A DNA stretch of 63,855 bases, counting the filler, from Hyphochytrium catenoides (taxonomy: Eukaryota; Protista; Hyphochytriomycota), in assembly GCA_900088475.1 (NCBI GenBank). It is 8 parts of 8 records of this genome, joined end to end, with 100 filler letters (N's around TTAATTAATTAA, not from the genome) between each part and the next. Parts side by side here need not be neighbours in the genome. Positions count along the whole stretch, not along the records: positions 1 to 7,335 come from FLMG01002766.1; positions 7,436 to 30,147 come from FLMG01001886.1; 6 more parts are not named here. One strand, 5' to 3'. The number at the start of each line of letters is the position of its first letter. The stretch's first letter is position 1. A program made the translations under genes and the position numbers. This document shows positions 1 to 11,800 of this stretch, piece by piece. The notes under the pieces were generated by a model. The model was not told the DNA's origin and did not search any database. It was given only the letters and a program-made list of their open reading frames with translations.

Positions 1-2463
1 TTATTGTTTCATAGAAGAACAATGAACTACTTTTTTTCGTAGATGATTACCCGCGGGCGGCTGACGCAGAAGAGGTGGTGTCCGACGAGTACAACAATAA
101 CAATGGAAGTGGCAGGAACAATAAAAAGAAGAATGGCAAGAGAAGGGAGGAGAAGCCGGAGTACAAGACAATAGTGATGGTTTATTATGTAGCTGATGAG
201 GACTAGTGTCGCATCATCCAAGTTCAATTATTATATAGTGGCTCAGATCCCCTATTGTGATGCATCATTTCAAACAACAAACACCTTCATCATGTGACAA
301 TGCGGCCGCCACTACCCTCTAGAAGAGCTAGTACTTCGTTGTTCAGGATGCGGATGAGGATGGTGAGCGGGCAGTGGTGCTGATGACGGTGGTGAGTGAT
401 GGTGGTTGGACCAGAGGGGTGTCGCTGCTGCTGAGGGTGGTGGTTAAGGGTTCTATAGATGGCAAGCCATAATCTTCATTAGTTTAAATAGATGAGTAAG
501 TTGAGATCAGTAAAAAATATCCTGTATCTATGGTCGGGGATAGGAGGGGCATCAGAACAAGGAGACAAGGCCGGTGGTACAGCAACATCATCAAAACAGT
601 GAAAGTCTTCCGGCGATCCCTTTGTTCTTCTTCTTCTAATCTGTCTCCCCAACGTGGCACGAAAACGTCGTGGAACAGATATAAGCACGAGCAACGAAGA
701 TAGTAGTAATGTTGGCAGCACCAGCAGGGAAAGTGGAGGAATGAGGAGAGCTGCTACTGCGGGTAAAGGAAAGAAGAACTTTACGTGGCATGGGTCGAGA
801 AAATCTCGTTGGGGTGCTGATGGGAGGTGGGGAGCTTATTATTGTTAACCAATTTTGTGGTTGTGACTGTTGCGGTCATTCTCCCGTTTCGGGTTTCTCT
901 CTTTTGCTTCCACCTTCTTCTTACAAATGAGTTGATCGCTCCACCGCACANNNNNNNNNNNNNNNNNNNNNNNNNNNNNNNNNNNNNNNNNNNNNNNNNN
1001 NNNNNNNNNNNNTGTGGTGCTAGGCCTTGTGTATATCCTGGACTTTGTGCAGCAGCTTGTGAAGCTTCAATGTGATCGCTGTTCATAGGATGCTCTTCGG
1101 CATCATTGGTCTCGATTGGTGGTGGCTTTATCTCTTCAAACAAGTTTTCTTTTGGCATCCATGAAGCCAACCCGTTCCAGATTTTGTAGCGCATTCCTCT
1201 TGTTGAGCAGCTGGAACCTTCTCTTGCTTGCCTGGTCGATTATGATGATGATAGTGTCGTTGGCCCTTCATCTTGTCCCCCTTCTCTTCTTGTTGGAGGA
1301 GGTCAACAATGATTCTTCCTTTACTGAGATGATAATAGTTGATAAAAAGACCAACCAGGACTGTACTTCTTATTTTGTCTCTTCTTGTTCTCCTTCTCCT
1401 TCTTCTTCTTCTTCTGAGTGGTAGAAGATCAATTGTCATGTACCAAATTATTTTTAATTTTTTATAAAATATTTCTTTATTAGCAACATTGTCCACACTT
1501 TATTAATAATAAGCTGATAATAGTAGCAGAAGAGGAGGGCTTGCTGCTGGTGGATCAAACAGTAGGAGTGTATCTGACTTTCACTAGAGGAACAGATCAA
1601 TGCCTAGCGCCGTACAGCACTTTCCTTGACCTGTTCTGTACATTTTACTGCGATGCAAAGTACTTCAAGTCCAATGTAATGATGTCCAGCCAGTGCTGCA
1701 CTTGTACGAGTACTCTCACCGAGTAACGTCTTCAATTCCGAAGTTTTGTTATCGAATTATTTCTAATATTTACAGGCACAAGTGATGACCGCTGACTAAT
1801 GTACTGTACGACCTCTTGTTTGTGTCCTACTACTGCCACTCCCACACCACGGTACTGTACTGTAAGATGAGGTTGATGTGGTTAGCCGTTCATATTCCTG
1901 ATCTCGCTAGGCCATGTTACATGAAAGGCCAGGCCCTCCCTTTACTTGTACTGTAGCTTCTCTCTCCTGCTGCCCCTCCTCCCTCTCTCCCTTCAAAGTT
2001 GCATCAACTCTGTCCTGACTCCCTCCTCCCCTCCTCCCTCCTCCTCTCCCCTCCCGCAGCTGCTCCTCCCCTCTTCTCTTCGTTTTCTTTTTACTACCGG
2101 CGGCCGCTGCTGCTCATCCCCCTGGCCCACCATCACCGCCGCCGCCGTCCGCCAGCCGATGATGAGGTTCTTGTCCTCCACTGACACCTTCGTCTTCTAC
2201 CAATTCTTCAAGCCCCCACAGAAGCTTCACTCCTCGACCGGCGGTCTCACGCGTGCTTGGAGCAACTGTTGTCTGCTCGAACCTCCTCCGTCTGACGACC
2301 CGGCCTAACGTCTGACTAGGTTGGGTTAGTACGGAGTCAGGGCAAGATTGCATCAGAGGCCTCGACTACTTTCTCCCACCAGCCCTACTACCGACCCTGT
2401 AGTCGGGGGCCAAGGGAATGTCGCCATTGTTGACCATCATTTGGTGACCTGCTGCAGCGTTAC

Positions 2464-5400
2464 ATGGAGGAAATAGACACGTCATCTGGACACCCTGGGG
2501 CTCAATGGGTGTGGTCGCCCGAGAGCGAGGAACAGGAGGGAGAAGTCCCACAGGAGATCCTTGTGGACGAGGAGCAGCAGCCGGAGGGCAGTTGGTATGG
2601 TGGAGTTTCCAACAATCCGCTCCGTGGTCCCAGCTTGGTAGCCTCTCTTCGCCGCTCCTACAGCGCCACTGAAACCTCAGCACTTATCCGGGCCGGGGTG
2701 GGGTTCAGCGGCACTTATAATGCCGCAGATCGATTAGTCCCAAGCTCTCAGACTGGGGCCCGCGGGCTAGTGGAGGTGAAGAGCCTAATGTCCTTTCAAG
2801 ATCTAGTGGATTCTAAAGGGTCTCCTCCGAGGCCAGCACACCCTGCGCCACGGGTAAGTTCCGTTACCTCACTTGCAGACAGCACGCTGGGCCTCGAGCG
2901 GCAGCATCTGTCGAAGGATTCAATCCAAGCAAGACCAGTTCGCCGCTGGCTTTACCGTGCTGTGGGTAATCTGGCAGCGGGAGTGGTGGCGTTCCTCCTG
3001 ACGGTCTCTATTAGCGTCTCAGGGGGGTCGATTGTCTTTGGGCACCAGCCAGAGCTGAAGGGCCACATGGCGTCAGCAGTGAGCCTGAACATCTTCGGGA
3101 CAATCTTTCTTAACATATTCCTCGCTCAAACCAGCACGGCGCCCTGGGTACTTGGCGCAGTAGATATCTTCATGTGAGTTAGCTACTTTACCAGGAAGGG
3201 CCCAGGCGAGGAGCGGTGTGACTAACTTCGCTAGTTTCTGCGCTTTGCTGAAACAGTTTTCCTGTCTTGGCGGAGATGATGGGAGCTTTGATTCGGGCGG
3301 TGGACGAAGAGAGAAAGCTGTTGCCCACTGCTATTTTGAGCATCTGCCTCACCGTTGCTGTTCTGGGGTTAGCTCTCCTGGCGCTTGGCAAATCTCGCTA
3401 TTCTTCTTTCTCGAACTACTTGCCATATCCAGGTGCAGAGACCGGTTCACAGCTACTAGCTTTCTATGCTTTGTCGAGAAAGGCTTTCTCTCTTTAGCTT
3501 GAGCCTTACGTGCTTGTCCCTTATTGCAGTCATTGCGGGTTTCCTCTCCGGAATTGGGGCGCTGCTGGTGTCTCACGGCTTGAGGATGTCCTCAAATCGT
3601 CGGTCTCCTTTATTCGCCATCGACAACCTTTCTCATCTCGCGATTGGCATTGGCTTGGGTCTGACACTTCACTTCGGAGCCAAACGGGTGCCTATGTCTC
3701 TTCTCTTCCCCGTAAGTTGTACACAGAACTTGCTCCTCGGTTCGATTGTTTTCATAGTCCCTCTGGGAATAACCCCCCCAGCGCTCTGTCAATGCTTTTC
3801 TGGCTAAGTTCATGTTCTTGGGGTGAGATTATTACTGCTCTACTTCTCTTTGCAATCTTTGAATTAGGTACAGAGGTGGGGCCGACTTGACTTTTGGACT
3901 CTGTCAGGCTCTTCTCCTTTTGTCCCTGATGGCCTTTCACGGCCTGCGTTGCGCCCTGGGCTACTCGATCGGAGCCATGCAAGAGACAATGTGGCTCTTT
4001 GATTGGCCCGAAGAGATGATGGATAGCACGCGCCTATGGCACCCTTGGGTACATCTTGACCTGGGAGAGATACAGGTCCTGAGCTGCAGATATGCTGCCG
4101 CACGTCTTGTCCTTCGCTCCTCTTGCGCCACTGATATCTGCTTATTGACCCTGTCTCTCTGGAAACCTCCTAACTATTTGTCGTATCGAACATTGTAGTG
4201 GTCTGTCCTCTTCTGGCAGACATACGGCTATACAGCCTCGGTAGTCGTGCTGGGAGCTCTCAAGAACACTGTCTTCGTCGGTGCACTTGCTACTCTATTC
4301 AAACGCGACATAGATCCGAATAGGGAGTTGGTGGCCATAGGACTTGGTAATCTGCTGAGCGGTAAGATGTACACAAGTGGTATTGAAAAAGAGGCGCTGA
4401 ACTCTCTCTTTTTTAACGCCTGTTTCTGTGTTTGGTGGCGGCTGCGCAGCGGCTTGCGGCGGAACTGGGGGCTGCCATTACCTTTCGGCCATGGGGCTCA
4501 TGGCAAGAATGGGGGCCGGTACGACAATGAGCGCTAAACGCTAAACCCTTTAGACGCTAAGCCAATGGTTCACGAACGGAAGTCTGATCTGCCCGTCACA
4601 GATACCTGGGCGCCGGCCATGATATGCGCTGGGCTGAACCTGTGTCTTTGGGTCCTGGGTTTACGGCTGCTGCTTTTCATACCGCGTTTCGTGTTTGGAG
4701 GACTGCTGTTGAGTATCGGACTGCACTTTCTGCAGGACTATCTAGTACAGCCCGCGCGCCTTTTCCCTCGCAGTGATCTCACAGTTGTCCTTGTCATCGT
4801 AGTCTCCTTCATGCTCGTTGGTAAGGTTGAGTGTGTAGTTACTACCTCCTGTTCCGCGTTATAGCGTATTGCGTACTTTCCTCTTTGTTGGGCGGACCCT
4901 CACGCTTGGACTGTAGTGACCGTGACCACACCTCAGCCTCAGGTGCTCAGGCTTACTCTTGCGACGGTAATCCTCTCCCTCCTCGCCTTTGCCATAGGAA
5001 TGCTACAGAGCGTTGGGCTCGGAATTCTATTTTCGCTGGTGCAGCTGGTGCTGCGCGTGCAGTATATCGGCTGCATCAGGTACGAGTCAACGCTGCTGAA
5101 CCACAGAAGCAATGTTGATAGGGACAAAAGCCAGGAGGTCAGAAGTTCTTTTCCTTTTCTATTCTCACGCCCCTTTGTTCGTGCTGCTTTGCATTGTACT
5201 TCTTTAACATTACGCTAGCAGCGTAGAGCCTCCCATACAATGCTAGCAGTGGGTGACAGGGTATATGGAGATAGGCGCCTCAGAAGTACTTCTTACTATT
5301 GAGTACGTGTTGCTCTGACAGCTAATATCCCCTCTTCATGGATCAACAGCGGGTACTAGAGCGATTTGGCGAGCAAGTACTGATCCTACGTCTTCACGGC

Positions 5401-6811
5401 TACTTCTTCTTCGCCTTAGCGTTCTCTTTGATTGATAAGGTGAAGACTAGACTAGAAGCTACGCAGCTCCGGAAGCTTCTCGTTTTGGTGATCGACTTTG
5501 CGCTTGTGCCCGCCTTCGACTCCACAGCGATGGCTAACCTCTCCAAGCTGGTGGCTTTAGCAGATTCTCACCGCTTCTGCGTAATATTTAGCTCTCTTTC
5601 TCCACCTCTAGAAAAGAGCTGGCGGCGTCATCCGGTGTCCAAGCACCAGAGAATTCAGTACAAGAGCAACTTGGATGAAGCGTTGGAGGTGGCCGAAGAG
5701 TTGATTCTGCACCGACATGCGCACACAATGGCACGAGGAAAAGTAGGTCCTGGCCCTTCTTTCAAAGCAGCCGTGTCGGAAAGGGCTACTGCGCTCGTTT
5801 CACAGCTTCAATCACACGTAAGTGCTCGAGAACTTCTGAACAAATTTTCAGCCTTCGTTACAATCTCTGGCCGGCTTATAGCTTTCTATCTAATTATGCT
5901 CCAATCATCGTCGCTCTGGTTCGCCTTTCTCCATCTACCTTGGGTCGCGAAACTCTTGTCGCTCCACCATAAATGGCGGTGGAAGGATGCGGTCCTGACT
6001 TTTATTGGGTCTAACCTGTCTAGGTGGGTGGTTCACCATCAGTGGTGGAGCTCTGGAATCTCTATTTAGATGAAGTGTTTGGAAAAGAGGAACGAAGTAG
6101 AGCCGTGCTCCTCCCTCTGGCAGTTCATCTTAATGCTTTCAGCCTCCAGGCGAAGCAAGCTCTCTTCAATGAGGTTTGTTAGTTGATGCCATCCTGTGGC
6201 TACGCTTCCTAGTTGAGTTATCCCTCTAAGTTTTTGAAACGGTGCTTTGACAGGGAGACGTATCGGACCGCATCTACTTTGTCTGCTCTGGATTCGTCGA
6301 CATCATGAGTTACATGGTCCAGCGTGGGGACCGGGGATTTACAAAGACGGACAATCCTGTGAACTCTGGAGCGGTGGACAAGCAGGACAGAAGTGTATTC
6401 CGGGTGCGGAAGGCTGGTCCAGGCTCCATAATAGGTGCTGAGGGGATTTTTCACTCCAAGCATCACCGAGTGCACTGCGCTATTGCTACCACTCATTGCA
6501 CTGCCTTGCAGCTCAGGTGCGCACTACCAGATATAAGCTCGACGAAAGCAGACAGCGACACGGTCTTCTGTCTAGATTCTACTGTCATTCGGGATTGTTA
6601 ACTATGGAGGTGTTAGCTATGTCTAAAAAATGTCTCCTTTCTCCTTAGGGTAGAGATCTTGCAAGAACTCGAGCGCGACGCTCCACAGATCTCTCTACAA
6701 CTTTACCGCTTGCTCTTCAGGAAGCTGACAAAGCGATACTTTCAAACACAGCAAAACCTCGCCCAACTAAACACCGTGTTCAACAGCAGGGCGGACTTTG
6801 AGCCGCTGTAG
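2464..6811 (+). CDS. SulP/SLC26-family anion transporter with STAS and C-terminal cyclic-nucleotide-binding-like domain (multi-exon)
   Basis: ATG at 2464. Exon 1 ends at 3173 (GTGAGT donor, GACTAAC branch, acceptor 3256). Splicing yields SulP motifs YLPYP|VIAGFLSGIG, DIDPNRELVAIGLGNLLS and FIPRFVFGGLLLSIG, then STAS 'ILRLHGYFFFA...VIDFALVPAFDSTA' (about 5380-5530) and cNMP-like 'RVRKAGPGSIIGAEG' (about 6400-6445). Last exon 6649-6811 ends in TAG. Confidence 0.9.
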
Positions 6812-7335
6812 CCCTACCTTGTCTCTAACCAGGACCCTCTCGCACCATTGCCCAGTAACATTAGCACTGTCCAGTGGTTTCCGGTATACTTCAGCGAAAT
6901 GTGGCTGGAGACAGCGGGATGCTAAGGCCTGTGAGACCAGACTAAGCAAGCTATCACAAGCAAGCTACCATAGTCCAAAAGATGCCATTTGGCATCATTG
7001 CCTCCAAGCACTTGAAGGTCAGGAACCAAGTGCCAGCCTGGTTGACATCGTATGCAGGAAAAACCTTCTCTTTTGAAGGTGTTGAGCTGACATGAAGACT
7101 GCTGCTTGTTTCTTAGTGTTATTATCTAAACATGATGCTGTTTGGAAGCTATATGAGGCCACTTTGTAGTTGGCCCGGTGAAGGTCATCATGAGGATGCT
7201 GAGGGACCGGCTACTGCTGCACCACCCGTCGCAGGTGGACGGACAGCCTGATTTTTTTCTTGGTGGTAACGGTTCCAGGCCGCCTCCGTATTAGGATCGT
7301 AGCTCCCTGAATTTTCTGAAAGAGCGAAAGGAACA

Positions 7336-7435
7336 NNNNNNNNNNNNNNNNNNNNNNNNNNNNNNNNNNNNNNNNNNNNTTAATTAATTAANNNNNNNNN
7401 NNNNNNNNNNNNNNNNNNNNNNNNNNNNNNNNNNN
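7336..7435. other. Assembly gap with artificial spacer (44 N + TTAATTAATTAA + 44 N); same cassette at 30148-30247, 43284-43383, 45184-45283, 49249-49348, 60552-60651, 62390-62489
   Basis: Seven identical 100-bp cassettes. The palindromic 12-mer puts stop codons in all six frames. Confidence 0.95.
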
Positions 7436-7790
7436 CTCTCTCTTTCTCTCTTTCCTTCTTTCTTTCTTCCCAGTCTAGTCCACTGTTTCACTTCTGACCT
7501 TTCTCCCTCTTCATGTACCTATCTGTACGTGCTTGAGAGTCTTGCTATTTTTCCCCTTCCCCTCCGAGCGCCCGGAGAAGCTCTCTGTCCTCTTCTACGT
7601 CCATTGGTGGAGGTGTTCTGAGAACCTCTATTCTTTCTCTCTCTTTTTCTCTCTTTCTCTCTCCTCTGTCTCTCTTCTTCTCTTGTTCTGACTAGAGTCG
7701 AGTTCTTAGATTTCTCGGAGCCCTTCTTCCTTACCTCGGCGTATCCTTCCTTTCTTAGAGATCTCTCCCATCTCCTTCATCTCACTTCAG

Positions 7791-8023
7791 GCAGAGAGCG
7801 AGGCTCGTCGGAGTCTATCCTGACCATGGAGCAGCAGTTTCCTTCTTCGTCATGGATGAAGGTTGACGATATCCGGCCTCCGCTCCCAGGAGAGACTCCG
7901 TCGCCCGTAGAGCTTCAGTATTCTCTTGCCGCCGCACGTTCTAGCTGCTGCAGTATAGAGTTTAGTCTGTCGAGATGCGAGGAGCAGGAAGATGAACATG
8001 AAGATGAGGAACTCACACACTAA
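7791..8023 (+). CDS. Possible 3'-terminal exon of an unknown gene truncated by the upstream gap
   Basis: A CT-rich tract and 'cacttcag' acceptor precede an open frame (..SSESILTMEQQFPSSSW...EDEELTH*). No recognisable domain. Confidence 0.3.
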
Positions 8024-8860
8024 GACAGAAGGAAAGCAGGAGCTTTCTGCCCTTTCAACACAGACACACACTCTTTCTCTCTTTCTTCCCTTGATCTCCT
8101 CCTCTACTTCTATGCTATCGGTTTATGTAAGGGCTGCGGTGTATCTGCCTCGTTTGCTCTCTCTCTCTTTTTGTTGCCTATACTTTTCTCTCTCTTCTAA
8201 AGATCAATACGCTTCGTATAGTAGAGCAGTAAGAACACCGCTTAAAGCTTGATCTTCCATAGTACGTGACCAAGAGAGAGAGCGAGAGGGAGGCAGAGAG
8301 AGAGAGAAAAAGACAGCGAGATACGCACAGTTAGGGAGAGACTGAGAAAGAAAGAGAGAGAAAAAGTGGGACAAGAACGGTTCCTCTTCGGAGAAGCAAG
8401 GAGCAACATGAGCCAAAAGAGATATGGAGTCAGACCAGGAAGGGAGTGTTCCACAGGCAAAGAAGCACCTACAGAGCTGCAGGAGTAAAGGAGACTGCAT
8501 AGTAGAGCAGAGAGAGGCCTTGCTTGGGAGATAAGGACAGAAAGAGAGGAGAGACTCGAGCTTCTCGCAACTTGACGGACAAATCATGATCTCTCTTTTA
8601 GCTCTAGACACTAAGATAAATAAAATTAAGGCCTCTCGCCTCCAGCAGACGTGCCGCAGGGCGATAGACAGTCAAACAAACAGACAAAAAACGTTACTCG
8701 ACCACCCAGTGCGCCGCGACCTCTCCACCGCCGCCTGCTCGTCGGTTTTTATTTTCCTCGCTTTCTCTCGCTCTCTCTCTTCGCGCGCACACACCTCTCT
8801 CTGCCTCATTTCCCCAGCCGCCAGGGTAGTTTGTAGAGAGAGAAGATGTCAAGATGATGT

Positions 8861-11800
8861 CTACGACTCGTAGACAACCATGCTTCCCGCCGCCCTCCTG
8901 CGAGGAAAGAGAGTCTCTTTATAATATCCCATCGCCAGCAGCCAACTCCAAGTCACCACGGCCCACCAGAGGCTGCATAGAGATGAAACTACAGCCCACA
9001 TCGCTTCCACCACCGGAACTACGAGGTACTCTGTCAATACCGCTGATACCTCGGAGAGAGAGTGACGGAACCTCGAGGAAGGAACGAGCGTGAAGAGAGA
9101 GCGGTGCCATGAATAATAGAGGTAGGGGAGAGAATCCGCGAGTAGAAGGCCCCCTAGTGTAGGATAGAAGGCTGCAAAGTTGGAGGAGACGACGCCGTCT
9201 ACGATCTGCACAGACGAGAGAGGGGAGAGAGAGAGAGAGAGAGAGAGAGANNNNNNNNNNNNNNNNNNNNNNGAGAGAGAGAGAGAGAGCGAGAGTAAGA
9301 GCGAGAGCGAGAGAGGGAGAGAGAAGGGGGGGAGGGGTGCGAGAGAGAGAGCTCTTAGTTAAAATTATATCAAAATAAGAGACGCCAAAGGAGAAGACAG
9401 ATGAGAGTATGACAGGCAGACAGTGGGACGGAGAGAGACACAGGTAAACCGAACGAGGTAAAGATACAGGGAGACAGAGAAGCGAGAGAAATAGGCCGAG
9501 ACAGAGCATGGAAAGCGAAGGGAATAGCCCGTACCAAGTTCCCGTCCATGGTATATAGGTTCACAAGCGGGACTGTCTCTTTCTCTGCGATCACACTCCT
9601 GACCTTGGCTCTAACAGTGCTTTGGTGCTGAAAAACAATTAAGAGTCAATTCACAGATCTAGTTATCTCCCCAGGAAGTCCACCTCATCCCATTTATCCC
9701 TTCTCTCTCTCATTTGCCTAACTGAGCACATGTTACCTGAGAAGAGAAAAAGAGTACAGAGTCTCCGATTTTCAGCTCTTTGGCAGCAACAGCAACCGCA
9801 TCTTCCTTTCCTTTCCATGGATGAGCGCCAGCAGAGCGAACAAGAGACCGATAGAGTAGATGCTGAGGTGTGACCCGTAGAATAGATACGTCCCGGCAGC
9901 TTCTGGTCTCTCCTAGCGACAAAGGACAAGCCTCTGCAACCTCCAATTCAAGTCTGGATAGAGACAAGAAAACGCGAGCACAAGAGGAAGACAGGAAGAG
10001 AGAGAGTGAGGGCCCGAGGCGAAAGGAAGGAAGAGGGAACAAGGGCAGCCAACAAAGCGGAAGAAAAGGTAGAAGTGAATCGCTCCTATGGTCTTTACCG
10101 AAGAAGAGTCTTAACACTTCGGCTGCTATTGTGCACTTGCTTATGATAGACCTGCGTCCAACTCACTTGACCTGTTATCAACGACCATCGAACGGCGAGG
10201 AGAGACCAAAGAAGAGAGAGAATACACAGGGAGGAAGAGTAGCCCGGAATAGGGTAAGTGAACAAAGAATGGCGCAGGGAAGAACAAGCGTTAGGAGTTA
10301 GAATAGCTGATCAGCTGTATCAGTAAGAGGTAGAGCCAAGACAAGCTCAACTTTAGGCCAGGCGGGTGAGACAAGAGAGAGAGAGAGAGAGTCCAAGACA
10401 AGTTTGAGTAACTAAAACTCCATACAAACGGGGAGGAATGCAGGCAAAGAGAGACCAAGTGAGAATGATGGGAGCCTATCTACCGCGAGAGGGAGGAGAG
10501 AGAGACAAACAGAGAGAGTGGGGGGAACTGGAGCGATTTCCTACCGGAGGCGGAGGACGAGAGGATATACTCGCCCACTGCAACATCTACTATCTTCTTT
10601 CTTTCGCCGCCCAGTGCTATTACATGGGAGTCATGCGCAAAGCATTCGGCTAATAAGAGGCACGGGTTAGATGCAGTGCCTTTTGGACTACATCCTACGA
10701 AAGGATAGGCTATAAAGAGTGCAACCTGAACTAATAAAGGTCTTTGTCTTTTCATCTCCTTCTCTCTTTCTTGTTCCTCCCTCTCTCACTGTTTCTCTCT
10801 CGCTCTTTCTCTCTTGATCAACAAGGAGCCCCAAGCTTCATTACCATTTTGGTACTGGCTGGAGAGGGTCTGATTCCTATTCTGACAGTAGGTTCCGTAA
10901 TAGAAGGGTTGGCAGTTGCAACCAGTCCCTAGTGTGTCACACTCTCCATTCCCTGAGCACTCGGTACCGTTCACCATACAGAGACCTGGCCAAGAGGGGA
11001 AGGACGAAGAGAAGCAAGATAAGAGAAGTGATCTTCTTTGGCATATGGCTTCGAAGAGTCAACCAAGAATAAGACGGCAAGAAACTCAAAGAGTTGTGAA
11101 GAGTTCACGTCGGACATGATCCGAGTGTCAGTCCTTAGAGGGAATGAGAAGAAGAGATGCGAGAGAGAGACAGGGAGGGAGCCTTACTTGTCTTTTTGTA
11201 CTCAAAGACCCTTGAGCTTCGCAGTCCTCCTGCGGACGTTCCTCCGACAACGATCAGGGAGGGAAGAGACGTCAGGTTCGACGCATAGTAACGCGTTGTT
11301 GAGGGGCACTCTCCACAACCGTCACGGGGATAGAGATCGATGTACTTGCCTATGACACACGTGAGACGGAACAAGCCAGTGAGGACGCAGGTAAGGACAG
11401 AGACGAAAGAGACACGACGCCTATCTTAACCACTGGGTGCGTACTCTGAAACAATCTAAGGAGGATAGAGACAATGTGGAAGCGGCAAGTATTAAAGCGG
11501 AAGTGCTGAAAAGATGAGGACGAGGTCGTAAAGAAGATAGCGTCCGGCCTTGACGAAGTGAAAGAGGCTGTCTCTTACTGAGTTCTTCTGGAGGAGAGAC
11601 GGTAGATTTGTCTTTCATATGAACCAGCCTGCCACTCACCTCCCCTGAACAATGAGGTTGGACATATTTTAGCACGGTAAGTGTAGGGCCAGGACCCCGA
11701 GAAAAGGCAGCAAGACATACTCCGGCCTTTGCCAGTCCAACTTTCTCGCGCTTTCACTTCCCCTCTCTCTCCTTCCTCCCTCTCTCTCCTTCCTCCCTGT

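Noticed and set aside
1135-1194. Chromodomain-like string RYKIWNGLASWMPKENL on the minus strand
   Set aside because: Too short, wrongly spaced, and embedded in low-complexity decayed sequence with no supporting exons.
7380-7391. TTAATTAATTAA palindrome recurring seven times
   Set aside because: Always centred in 100-bp N gaps. It is an assembly linker, not a biological repeat or array.
9179-10644. Hint domain as a mobile protein-splicing intein
   Set aside because: No +1 Cys/Ser/Thr, no endonuclease, interrupted by introns, and not inserted in a conserved host enzyme.
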